IMG/VR virus record: IMGVR_UViG_2894484731_000002
Length of the DNA: 64,000 bases
Source: an uncultured virus (IMG/VR IMGVR_UViG_2894484731_000002)
Lineage: Duplodnaviria > Heunggongvirae > Uroviricota > Caudoviricetes
Strand: one strand, 5' to 3'
Shown here: one piece after another, positions 55,837 through 64,000 of the stretch
Layout: the number at the start of each line of letters is the position of its first letter
How positions within the stretch are numbered: position 1 is the stretch's first letter
The notes under the pieces: model-generated
What the model was told of the DNA's origin: nothing
What the model saw: the letters and a program-made list of their open reading frames with translations, nothing else
Database searches by the model: none
Translations under genes and position numbers: made by a program

Positions 55837-55979
55837 TGCAAGACCGACCGTACGCCTATGTTCGCTGCCATTGCAAGGTGGTCCGTACAAGTGTGGTCGT
55901 GTTTTGCCGTCCCGTGCTGGTCAGCTATGCAAGATAGACCGTACACCTATGCGGGCGCGTTCGCAAGATGGACCGGACG
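55837..55979 (-). promoter_or_regulatory. two pairs of TGCAAG-N4-WCCGTAC boxes
   Basis: Copies at 55837, 55872, 55928 and 55962 (last one degenerate). Confidence 0.65.
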
Positions 55980-56162
55980 CCGGTGGTGGGAGGGGAACAG
56001 ACGGCCCCGGCCTTCGTGGGGATGAAGGCCGGGGCCGCGGGGCCGGCCAGCCCGCATGGGGGCAACGGGCGGCTGGCAGTTCCAGGCGCGGCCCACGCGG
56101 GGGGCCCGGGCCGGGCCTGGGGGCCGACGTGCCCGCATGGGGGGGCGGGCCGCCGGCGGCTC

Positions 56163-56588
56163 TCAGGAGGTGGAGGCGGGTGCCTGCTCGGGCAGCAGCC
56201 GCAGCATCTGTTCAAGCACCCGCACGGCGTGCCCGGTGTCCTCGGCGGGGCAGATCCGCTGCAGCGACGGCTCGCCCTCGCCGCGCAGCCCCTCACCCCA
56301 CAGCAGATGCCAGGCGTAGGAGCCGGGACGCTCGGGGTCGGTCGAGAACACCACGTCCTGCGTCAGCCCGGCGAAGTTCGCGAACCCGTCCAGGTCGTGC
56401 TGGTAGTCGGCGGCGGTCGGCACGAGCGACTGCCGCACCTCCAGCAGGACGTAGGTGCGCGTGCGCCGCTGGTTCACCGTGAAGCCGCGGGCGGTCAGTT
56501 CATCCCGCAAGGCGTCGATCATGTGGGTCAGCTGCTCCCCCTGCGAACGGGGGCGGGTGGTGCCGTGCGTGTGTCGCCTTTCAGTCAT
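56163..56588 (-). CDS. hypothetical protein
   Basis: Plausible globular ORF; start at MTERR or at the later MIDAL. Confidence 0.55.
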   Translation of the reverse strand: MTERRHTHGTTRPRSQGEQLTHMIDALRDELTARGFTVNQRRTRTYVLLEVRQSLVPTAADYQHDLDGFANFAGLTQDVVFSTDPERPGSYAWHLLWGEGLRGEGEPSLQRICPAEDTGHAVRVLEQMLRLLPEQAPASTS

Positions 56589-56695
56589 GTCTGATCGGTG
56601 CTTCCGCTGGGTTGTCAGGTCCGCACGCAGCGTAAGACCGGCCCGCGGAGGCAACTGGTACAGGGCGTACCACCTGCCCCCACGGACAGTAACGA

Positions 56696-57922
56696 TCAGA
56701 TCACGCCCGCGCGGACGGCGAGCTGGTGCAGCGCACCCGGCCGGGCGGTGCGGATCATCGTGGTCAGCGTCTCCCGCACCCCGGGGTGCATGCGGGTCTG
56801 CTGCGGCGCGACCTGCTCCGCCTGCAGGAACGCGGCCAGCGCCCGGTCCCGGTTGCCCGCGTAGAAGTAGGCGCGGCCCACGTCCATGTGGAAGTGCCCG
56901 GCCCGCTCCTTGGAGTAGCCCTTCGGGATGCGCACCCGCTCCGCCCGCTTGATCGCCTCGCGGCCGTCGCCGAACTCGATCGGCACCGTCACCCCCCAGA
57001 TCAGGGTGTTGGTCGGGCCGAACATGAGCTGGTAGTCGTTGCGGTCCTCGCCCAGCTGCTCGGCGACTTCCATGGCGCTCCGCCACGACGCCTCCGCCTG
57101 CGGCCGGTCCGCCGCCCTGGCGGCGTTCAGCGCCATCTTGAGGTGCATCGCCCCGCGCAGGCTGACCGCCTGCGGGGTGCGCGACCCGTACTCGTCGAGC
57201 TCCACCAACGCGCCGTCGATGATGTCGGCGGCGACTTGGTGCTCGCCGACCGCGATGTACTCCCCGGCCTCGTACCAGCGGGAGGCCATCACCCGCAGCG
57301 GGTCGCCGGTCTCCAGGGCGGACCACACCACCCGCTCCGTCGCCAGCGTCGCGGTGGAGATGTGCCCGAGCTTGTAGGCGACCTGCATGACGCACTCGTA
57401 CGCCGACGCCAGTAGGTCGTACGCCGCGCGCCGGTCCGGGCCCGCCGCCAGAACCGCCACCGCCACCTGCAGGTCCCGCACGAGCTGCGGCAGCAACTCC
57501 CCGGAGCGGGCCAGCGCGGCACGCTGCCGCAACTCCGTCGCCTTGCCGACGCGGGCGGCCAGCACCTGCAGGTCCACGGCGTCGGCCTCCGCGGCCGTGA
57601 TCTGCCCGGGCCGGCCGTGGCACAGCAGCGCCCGGTGCAGCGCGGGCATCGCCGACGACGCGACCTGCCCGTCCCGGTCGCTCGGCGCCACTGGGTACGG
57701 GGCGCCGGTGATCTGCGTGGGGTGGCAGCCCAGGGCGTCGGCCAGGAGCGTGATGGTGTGCCAGTTCTCCAGGCCGCGCCTGCCCTGCTCGTACGCCTGG
57801 ATGGTGTGGATGGAGATGCCGTCGGCGGCGGCGGCCAGCTGGTCGCGGCTCCACCCCTTGGCCAGGCGGAGTTTGCGCAGCCTGTCGCCGTTTGACTGGA
57901 TCGTGGGTGTCGTGTCACGCAT
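56696..57922 (-). CDS. XRE-family HTH transcriptional regulator with a TPR-like C-terminus
   Basis: GDRLRKLRLAKGWSRDQLAAAADGIS...YEQGRR; FGPTN, ERAGHF, AEQVAPQ. Confidence 0.88.
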   Translation of the reverse strand: MRDTTPTIQSNGDRLRKLRLAKGWSRDQLAAAADGISIHTIQAYEQGRRGLENWHTITLLADALGCHPTQITGAPYPVAPSDRDGQVASSAMPALHRALLCHGRPGQITAAEADAVDLQVLAARVGKATELRQRAALARSGELLPQLVRDLQVAVAVLAAGPDRRAAYDLLASAYECVMQVAYKLGHISTATLATERVVWSALETGDPLRVMASRWYEAGEYIAVGEHQVAADIIDGALVELDEYGSRTPQAVSLRGAMHLKMALNAARAADRPQAEASWRSAMEVAEQLGEDRNDYQLMFGPTNTLIWGVTVPIEFGDGREAIKRAERVRIPKGYSKERAGHFHMDVGRAYFYAGNRDRALAAFLQAEQVAPQQTRMHPGVRETLTTMIRTARPGALHQLAVRAGVI

Positions 57923-58191
57923 GGGGACGTCCCTCGGGGGTCAGCGAAGTGTGTCAGGTCCCTACACCTGCGAGAGTACGCCGCCCCTCGCCGTTCCGGC
58001 AGGGCTCGGGTACTCTCGGTGACTGTCAGGTGGTCGGCGGAAACGCGGACCTCGCGGCCCGCAGGGATGGTCAGCCCCTGCGGGCTGCGCCTTTTCCAGC
58101 CCCGTCCAGTGCGAGAACCCCGGTCGACGGGGCGTCGTCCCGGGGTCCTCGCGGGTGGGCACGCGGCATGGCGGCCGTTTGCGCGCCAATC

Positions 58192-58476
58192 CTACGGCTG
58201 GTGCCTGCGCTGGGCGCGCCGGCGCCGCCGCGCGTCCAGATCCGTGTTCACCATGTACTGCACGTTCGACTTCGAGATGCCCAGGCGGGCGGCGATCCGC
58301 GGCCATGACTCGTTGGCGGCGTCGAGCGCCTTGACCGCCGCGTACCAGCGGTCCATCTGCTCCTCCGCCTCCTGGGCCATGCGCGCGTAGGCGGCTTTCT
58401 CCCGCTCCGCCGCCGCGTACAGCTCGTCGACGTCCGGGGCAGCCTCGTCGGGGTGGGGAAGTTCCTCGCCAGGCAT
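58192..58476 (-). CDS. small HTH protein
   Basis: ESWPRIAARLGISKSNVQY. Confidence 0.7.
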   Translation of the reverse strand: MPGEELPHPDEAAPDVDELYAAAEREKAAYARMAQEAEEQMDRWYAAVKALDAANESWPRIAARLGISKSNVQYMVNTDLDARRRRRAQRRHQP

Positions 58477-58525
58477 GATCGGAGTGTAGGGGAACGACGC
58501 AACACGCGCGTTTATGCCCTTCGTG

Positions 58526-58954
58526 TCAGCAGCCGGGCCCGGTGCCGCGCAGGACCCGGGCCGCCAGGTCGTCGCTCATGTCGTAGGCGGCGGTCAGCAG
58601 GTCCAGCGTCACCGGCGTCCCGGCCTGGCGGGCGGCGGCCACGCTGCGGGCCGCTGCCGCCAGCCGGTCCCGGTCGAACATCTGCTCCTGTTCGGCGAAC
58701 GACGGCACGCCGGGCAGCGTCGCCATTGCCGCCAGCCGGGTCGCCCGCCAGTGCAGGTCGTCGGCGGCCTCCAGCAGCTTCTCCGGGGTGGTGACGCGGG
58801 GCAGCAGCTCCCCGGCGAGGGCCAGCAGGTCCTCGTACTGGCGGCGGACCGTCACATCAGGGGGCAGCACGCCCCGCCCGTGCGCGGCGGCCTCCGACGC
58901 GTTGTTCAGCACCCGGGCGGCTGTCATCGGCTCGGGACGGGGGGTGGGGCTCAC
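58526..58954 (-). CDS. hypothetical protein
   Basis: GTGA-coupled to the upstream membrane protein gene. Confidence 0.55.
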   Translation of the reverse strand: MSPTPRPEPMTAARVLNNASEAAAHGRGVLPPDVTVRRQYEDLLALAGELLPRVTTPEKLLEAADDLHWRATRLAAMATLPGVPSFAEQEQMFDRDRLAAAARSVAAARQAGTPVTLDLLTAAYDMSDDLAARVLRGTGPGC

Positions 58955-60246
58955 TTCGCTTGCTCCTGTTCGTCGGGCGTGTCGTCGATCTCACCCTGCA
59001 GCACCTCCCGCACCTCCTTGATGCGCATCCGCGCCCACGACTCGGACATGCCCAGCGCGTTGGCGATCTTGTCGGCTTTCAGGGCGACGCCGTCGAGCTT
59101 GGCAGCGCGGATCGCGTCGCGGGCGGTTTCCCGCTTCTCTTCGTCGCTCATCCCCGCGACCTCCTGCGGGGTCGGCAGGTAGGGGTCGCGGCCGGAATCA
59201 AGCTCCTTGCGCTGCTTGGCCTCCAGCCGGGCGAGGCGCCGCGCCTCAATCCTCGCGGTGCGCTCCGCACGCCGCTGCGCGATCTTGGCGGCGCGTTCCG
59301 CACGCTTGTCGTCACGTGCCGCACGCTTGTCGTCAAGGTGCGCACGGGCCGCACGCAACGCCTGCTCGGGGTCGGTGATGCGGTGGATCACAGCCTGCCG
59401 TTTGGCGGCGAACACCAGCCGGGACCACAGCAGCCACTGCGCCCAGTCGAACTCCGCGACCCGCCATGCGGGGCCGTGCGCAACCGTGTCGCCGCCTTCC
59501 GCAACCGTGCGGGCGGTTGCCGCACCCCCCGCAACCGCCCGCACGGGGCCGCCGTCGGGGCGGGTCGCGTCGGCGTACCACATCCACATCGGCGGCCCCA
59601 GCAGCGACAGCAGCGCCGAGGGGATGGCCAGCCCGTGCAGGCCCGGCGCACCCGACCAGTGCGTGTAGTTGATGGCTGCCACAAGGGCCGCAAGGAGCCC
59701 CGCGGCGGCGAACTTCGCGTGGTAGCGGCGGCCCTCCCGGCGGGCCACGATGCCGTAGTCCAGGACGGTCACGGCGACCAGTTCCAGCCCTGCGGCGAGC
59801 ATGACGGCCGCCCCCGCAGGCAGGTGCAGGTTGAGGTGGAAGAACCGGAACTGGCCGTACCCGGCGCCGCCGTTGACGATCACGTTGACGGTGAGGCGGC
59901 GCAGCCGTGACGCGTTGTCCGACAGCACCGTGCGGACGTGTGCGGCTGTCGTGCTGCGCTTGCGGCGGCCTGCCGCAACGTGCGCCAAGCGTGCGGCTTC
60001 GGCGTCACGCGCCTCCTCGGCGGAGGCGCGGCGCTCCCGCCGCCGCCGCTCCAGGGCAGCGCGGTGGCGGATCGCGTCGAGCTTGGCGGCGGTCTCGGCG
60101 TCGGCGACGGCCGCCTTGGCGAGTGCGGCGCGCCGCTCGGCGTCGGCCTGTGCGGCGAGTGCGGCAGCTTCCGCAACTTCCGCAACCGCCAGCGGGTCGG
60201 GGGCAGGGGCGGGGGTGCGCCGGAGCAGTGATCGAAGCATGGGCAT
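58951..60246 (-). CDS. plasmid spread (SpdB/DUF2637-like) membrane protein
   Basis: N-terminal coiled coil, about 4 TM helices with INYTH, C-terminal HTH (ADKIANALGMSESWAR); lies downstream of traB. Confidence 0.65.
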   Translation of the reverse strand: MPMLRSLLRRTPAPAPDPLAVAEVAEAAALAAQADAERRAALAKAAVADAETAAKLDAIRHRAALERRRRERRASAEEARDAEAARLAHVAAGRRKRSTTAAHVRTVLSDNASRLRRLTVNVIVNGGAGYGQFRFFHLNLHLPAGAAVMLAAGLELVAVTVLDYGIVARREGRRYHAKFAAAGLLAALVAAINYTHWSGAPGLHGLAIPSALLSLLGPPMWMWYADATRPDGGPVRAVAGGAATARTVAEGGDTVAHGPAWRVAEFDWAQWLLWSRLVFAAKRQAVIHRITDPEQALRAARAHLDDKRAARDDKRAERAAKIAQRRAERTARIEARRLARLEAKQRKELDSGRDPYLPTPQEVAGMSDEEKRETARDAIRAAKLDGVALKADKIANALGMSESWARMRIKEVREVLQGEIDDTPDEQEQAK

Positions 60247-60364
60247 GGTCCTCGGGGTTGGTCAGCTGGTGGCCATGAAAGCGACCTGCGGGGGGTCCGC
60301 GCAGCCGTACGGGAGCAATCCCAGGTCCGCGCCCCTGCACCTCCCGCTAAAGGATCAAGGTGGG

Positions 60365-60709
60365 TTAGCCGTACAGGGCGAGCGCGACGACGGACACAGC
60401 GCAGCCGAGGGTGACGGCCACGACGGCGGGCACCGCCGAGCGGCGGCCGCGAAGGTTGGCGGCGGCGCAGTGCGCGGCGGCCAGCGCGACGACGGCGAAG
60501 GCGACCCAGAACGCCGGCTCGGGGATCGGCGCCAGCTGCAGGACCTGCGGCCGCGACATGAGGATCACCACCATGAGCGCGGCGAGCGACACGGTGTTGA
60601 TCACCCCTGCGGGCCTGGTCGGGTGGCTGCGCAGGTAGCGGCGGCCGGGCCGGTCCGCGGCGGGCTCTGCGGGATGCTCGGGGGCCTGGTCGCGGGTGTC
60701 GTCGGTCAT
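60365..60709 (-). CDS. small membrane protein
   Basis: GAGGAG SD; three hydrophobic segments. Confidence 0.65.
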   Translation of the reverse strand: MTDDTRDQAPEHPAEPAADRPGRRYLRSHPTRPAGVINTVSLAALMVVILMSRPQVLQLAPIPEPAFWVAFAVVALAAAHCAAANLRGRRSAVPAVVAVTLGCAVSVVALALYG

Positions 60710-60914
60710 CTCAGCTCCTCTTCGTGATCTTGTCTGGGTGCGGTGCGCGCGCGTGCGCCGAGCCCTGCGGGGGCTGGGCGGGCAGTGTGAGGCGCACTGT
60801 GACGTTCGGGCTGTGACGCCCCGGGTCTATAAGGGCTGTGCCAGGGGAGGGGGCGGTTTGCCCCGATTCACTGTGAGGTGATCATGGGCGTAACAGTGAG
60901 GTGATCAAGACCCG

Positions 60915-63362
60915 TCACAGGTCCTGCACCGGCCACGACCCGCCGCCGCCGTCGGCGGGGCCGGGCCGGTCCTGACGCTGGGTGTGGATCACCTCGTACA
61001 CGCCGTACACCTCGGTGTCGCGGATGCAGCCCCACGCGGTGAGGGTGGCCATCTCCTTACGCACCCACGAGTCGGAGCGCTTGGCCCGCCCGCGGATCGC
61101 CGCGTACACATCCGACGGCCGGAACTGGTTGCCCACCCCGATGTCGATGGCCAGGACGTCGAGCAGGACGTCCATGGCCTCATCCCGGCTGACCTCCTCC
61201 AGGTCCTCGTCCGGGTCGGGGAAGTCGATGTCGTCGAACCGCTCCACCGGGGGCCCGGTCTGCGGTTCGTCGTCACGCGGGTCGCCCATCCGTTCCAGCG
61301 CGTCGACCGCCTGGTGCAGGACGTGCACCGCGTCGGGGTCGCCGTCCATCTCCGCCGCCATGTCGCCGATGACCCGCTCGGCGACCTCCGTCAGCTCCGC
61401 CCGGTCCTCCTCCGCCCCGGGCTCGGTGCCGTCGAACTCGGGGTCGTCGCCGGGGTCGAGGTCGAACCCGGTGCCCGGCACCTGCCGTGGGGCGGGCGCG
61501 GGCTCGGCGGGCGCGGCCGGGGTGCTGCGCCGCTGCGCCGCCGGCGGCACCACCAGACCCGGCGCAGGCTCGGCCGGGGCAGGCGCGGGCGCGGGGGGCT
61601 GGCCGACCAGCACCGCGCCGCGCGTCACCGGCGGCTGCCCCAGCGGGTCGGCGTAGCGCGGCCCGGGCTGGCCGGTGAACGCGTGCTGCCGGGGCCGGGC
61701 GTCGCGCCTGGCCTGCCGGGCGGCGGCGAACTTGGCGTACGGGTCGCCGAACGACGCGGCGGTCACCGGGTCCAGGTCGATCTCCACGAACGGCCGGTGC
61801 TCGTCCAGCGCGGCCGCCACATCCGACCCGTCGCGGGCGCGCCGCGCCCACCGGGCGGGGATCACCTGCCGGTTCAGCGGCAGGTGCGTCAACGCCGTGA
61901 GACACATGCCGGGCTGCTTGTTGCGCCACACCCACGGCTTGGCCCCCATGTCGATCAGCTCCGGGGGCAGGGTGAACCGCGCGTCGTCCGGGTCCTTACA
62001 CCCGAAGTGGACGATGTCGGCGGTGTTGGCCCGCTGCGTCGTGTCGACCCGGTCGTGGACGAACCGCTGCGCCTCCGTCAGCAGCATGATCCCCACCGAC
62101 GCGGCCTGCTCCGTGATCTTCACCATGTTCTCGTTGCCGTACAGCGCGGACGCCTCGTACATGTGAACCATCAGCCACGTCAGGCCGCACCCGGGAACCC
62201 ACTCCCGCAGGTTCTTCCCCAGCGGGTTGCGCCACGGCTCGCCCAGGTGCTGGGCGCGCATCGGGATGGTGCGGTGGACCAGGCACCACAGGAACGCCCG
62301 CACCGCCGACATGGTCGACAGCGACCAGATCGCGGCGTCGCCGATCACCCCGAGCTGCTGGGCGCCCTTCACCGGGTCCAGCAGGATCACCCCGGAGTCC
62401 CTGCGGCAGGCCACGTTGACGTCCAGGAGTTCCCCGGCGTCGCCCTTGCCGGATCGGGACATGCCGGTGAACGCCATGTGCGACTGCTGCTTGTCCTCCG
62501 CCAGGTCGCCCTTCCCGGCGACGTGCGGCAGCAGCATCGTCAGCGGCACGAAGTCCCGGTACCGGCCCAGCCCATCGATCGTCTCGATGATGCTTTCGCC
62601 CGGCCCGGACGGGCCGAGCCACGGGAACGGCTGCTTGAGCGGGTCGCGGCGCAGCACCTGCACACCGACCCGGTCCAGCTGCTCCCCGACGAACAGGGTG
62701 GTGCCCCCGGCGATGCCCCCCGCCCATCGGGTGATCTTGTCGATGACGCGTTCGTCGATGTCGCCCGGCACCTCGCCCGGCCCCAGGTCGATCCCGCCGC
62801 GGAACTCGTCCTTCGTGTTGGCGAGCACCACCATCTCGCTGTCGCGGATCGTCGGCATGTGCTCGGCGGCGAACACCCGCCACGCGGCCGACATCGCGGC
62901 GGGCGAGGCCGCGCCGCGCCGCTCCAGGTCCCGCAGCGTGTGGTTGCCGTGCCGCTTGTGCCAGATGATCGCCGACGCGAGCCCGGCGAAGAACGTGCCG
63001 ATCTCCAGGAGAGCGTTCGGGCCGTACAGCACGGTGTAGGCGAACACGGCAAACGGGGCACCGAAGTTGAACGCCTCGTGGCAGGTCGCGAAGATCTCGC
63101 GCCCCCTGTTGAGGTGCAGCGACGACCCGACCAGCACGGTCCCGCAGGCGGCCGCGCAGAACGCGGTGAACCCCTGCGCGTCGGCGGCCTGCGCCCCGAG
63201 GTACGCCAGCGGGGCCAGGCCGATCGACGCCAGCAGGATGATCCACGGGGCGAGCAGCCGCAGCGTGGCGGAGATCTCCCCGGCCTCCGACATCTGCCGG
63301 CGGAGCTTGCGCTCCTCGGCCTTGCCGCGCCGCTTGGGGTCGGACGTCAGGAACGCGACCAT
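60915..63362 (-). CDS. traB: TraB-like FtsK/SpoIIIE conjugative DNA translocase
   Basis: N-terminal TM helices, Walker A TGMSRSGKG, DPVKG, GAKPWVWRNKQPG, Pro-rich linker, C-terminal wHTH (RSDSWVRKEM). Confidence 0.8.
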   Translation of the reverse strand: MVAFLTSDPKRRGKAEERKLRRQMSEAGEISATLRLLAPWIILLASIGLAPLAYLGAQAADAQGFTAFCAAACGTVLVGSSLHLNRGREIFATCHEAFNFGAPFAVFAYTVLYGPNALLEIGTFFAGLASAIIWHKRHGNHTLRDLERRGAASPAAMSAAWRVFAAEHMPTIRDSEMVVLANTKDEFRGGIDLGPGEVPGDIDERVIDKITRWAGGIAGGTTLFVGEQLDRVGVQVLRRDPLKQPFPWLGPSGPGESIIETIDGLGRYRDFVPLTMLLPHVAGKGDLAEDKQQSHMAFTGMSRSGKGDAGELLDVNVACRRDSGVILLDPVKGAQQLGVIGDAAIWSLSTMSAVRAFLWCLVHRTIPMRAQHLGEPWRNPLGKNLREWVPGCGLTWLMVHMYEASALYGNENMVKITEQAASVGIMLLTEAQRFVHDRVDTTQRANTADIVHFGCKDPDDARFTLPPELIDMGAKPWVWRNKQPGMCLTALTHLPLNRQVIPARWARRARDGSDVAAALDEHRPFVEIDLDPVTAASFGDPYAKFAAARQARRDARPRQHAFTGQPGPRYADPLGQPPVTRGAVLVGQPPAPAPAPAEPAPGLVVPPAAQRRSTPAAPAEPAPAPRQVPGTGFDLDPGDDPEFDGTEPGAEEDRAELTEVAERVIGDMAAEMDGDPDAVHVLHQAVDALERMGDPRDDEPQTGPPVERFDDIDFPDPDEDLEEVSRDEAMDVLLDVLAIDIGVGNQFRPSDVYAAIRGRAKRSDSWVRKEMATLTAWGCIRDTEVYGVYEVIHTQRQDRPGPADGGGGSWPVQDL

Positions 63363-63754
63363 CACACCTCCATGGCCTCGTTGCGGGCGGCCTTCTTCCG
63401 CCAGTCGGTGCCGTACTTCTTGTCGCGCAGCCCGTCGATCGCCACCCCGGCGTACTGCTCCAGGTTGGGGTAGAGGGTGCGCAGCCCCATGCGGGCCATG
63501 CGCAGGCCCATGGCGCAGGTGACCAGCCCGACGGTGCACAGCCGGGCGCGCACCCACTTGTCGTGGCCTTTGTCGACGCCCTGCCGCTGCGCCTCCTTGA
63601 GCAGGGCGTGGATGCGGGCGGTCAGCTCCGACCGCCGCCAGGTGGATTCGGTGATCAGGTCGGTCAGGTGCTCCTCGAAGAAGCGGGCGTAGGTGCGGAC
63701 CTGCTCGGGTTTGCGGGTCTGCAGGTTGCGCAGTTCCTCCGCGCGCTTGGCCAC
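63362..63754 (-). CDS. hypothetical protein coupled to traB (TraA-like position)
   Basis: GGAGG SD; TGATG overlap with traB. Confidence 0.65.
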   Translation of the reverse strand: MAKRAEELRNLQTRKPEQVRTYARFFEEHLTDLITESTWRRSELTARIHALLKEAQRQGVDKGHDKWVRARLCTVGLVTCAMGLRMARMGLRTLYPNLEQYAGVAIDGLRDKKYGTDWRKKAARNEAMEV

Positions 63755-63755
63755 G

Positions 63756-64000
63756 TCACACCTCCAGGGTCATGTGCGGGGGATCGCCGGGGTCCTCGTC
63801 GGGGGCGGGGCCGGTGGGGCGGGTCGCGTGGTGCCACAGCTGGTGGCCCTCGGCGGGCCGCAGCCGCATCCACGCCAGGGCGGCGGCGGCGACGGCCAGG
63901 CCGCCGCACACCACGGCGGCCGCCGCCACGGTGGCGGCGGCGACCACGGCGGCGGCCACCGCCACGGCGAGCGTCAGCGACAGGCCGCGCCGCGCCCACA
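63756..64000 (-). CDS. membrane protein, 5'-truncated by the window edge
   Basis: Hydrophobic Ala/Val-rich ORF running off the window. Confidence 0.45.
   Translation of the reverse strand, partial: WARRGLSLTLAVAVAAAVVAAATVAAAAVVCGGLAVAAAALAWMRLRPAEGHQLWHHATRPTGPAPDEDPGDPPHMTLEV

Noticed and set aside
58060..58155. Two adjacent hairpins upstream of the XRE gene as an ncRNA
   Set aside because: They are adequately explained as GC-rich terminator-type stems; no recognisable RNA family features.

Overview
This window looks like part of a large, high-GC actinomycete mobile element with both plasmid and phage features; nearly all genes lie on the minus strand. Plasmid-type genes include a TraB-like FtsK ATPase with spread-type membrane genes (58.9-63.8 kb), ParB, a DnaN clamp, a MoxR/RavA AAA + vWA pair and a Cre-like tyrosine recombinase. 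Phage-type genes are small and large terminase subunits, the large one carrying a 407-aa LAGLIDADG intein. The most striking observation is an unannotated 73-nt tRNA-like cloverleaf (20682-20754, minus; encoded CCA, non-canonical D and T loops). It sits just upstream of an atypical adenine-methyltransferase/GNAT-like fusion, a ParB-like gene and the terminases, and is a candidate aminoacyl-tRNA-dependent DNA-modification system. Also seen: 15 copies of an ATATC-N24-GATAT promoter/operator box, a second TGCAAG-N4-WCCGTAC box family, an inverted-repeat-flanked segment of about 0.8 kb, two PAPS-reductase-like enzymes, and a low-GC island with three actinohivin-like lectins and a DUF2079-like membrane protein. 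All family calls come from motif recognition by eye, not from database searches.
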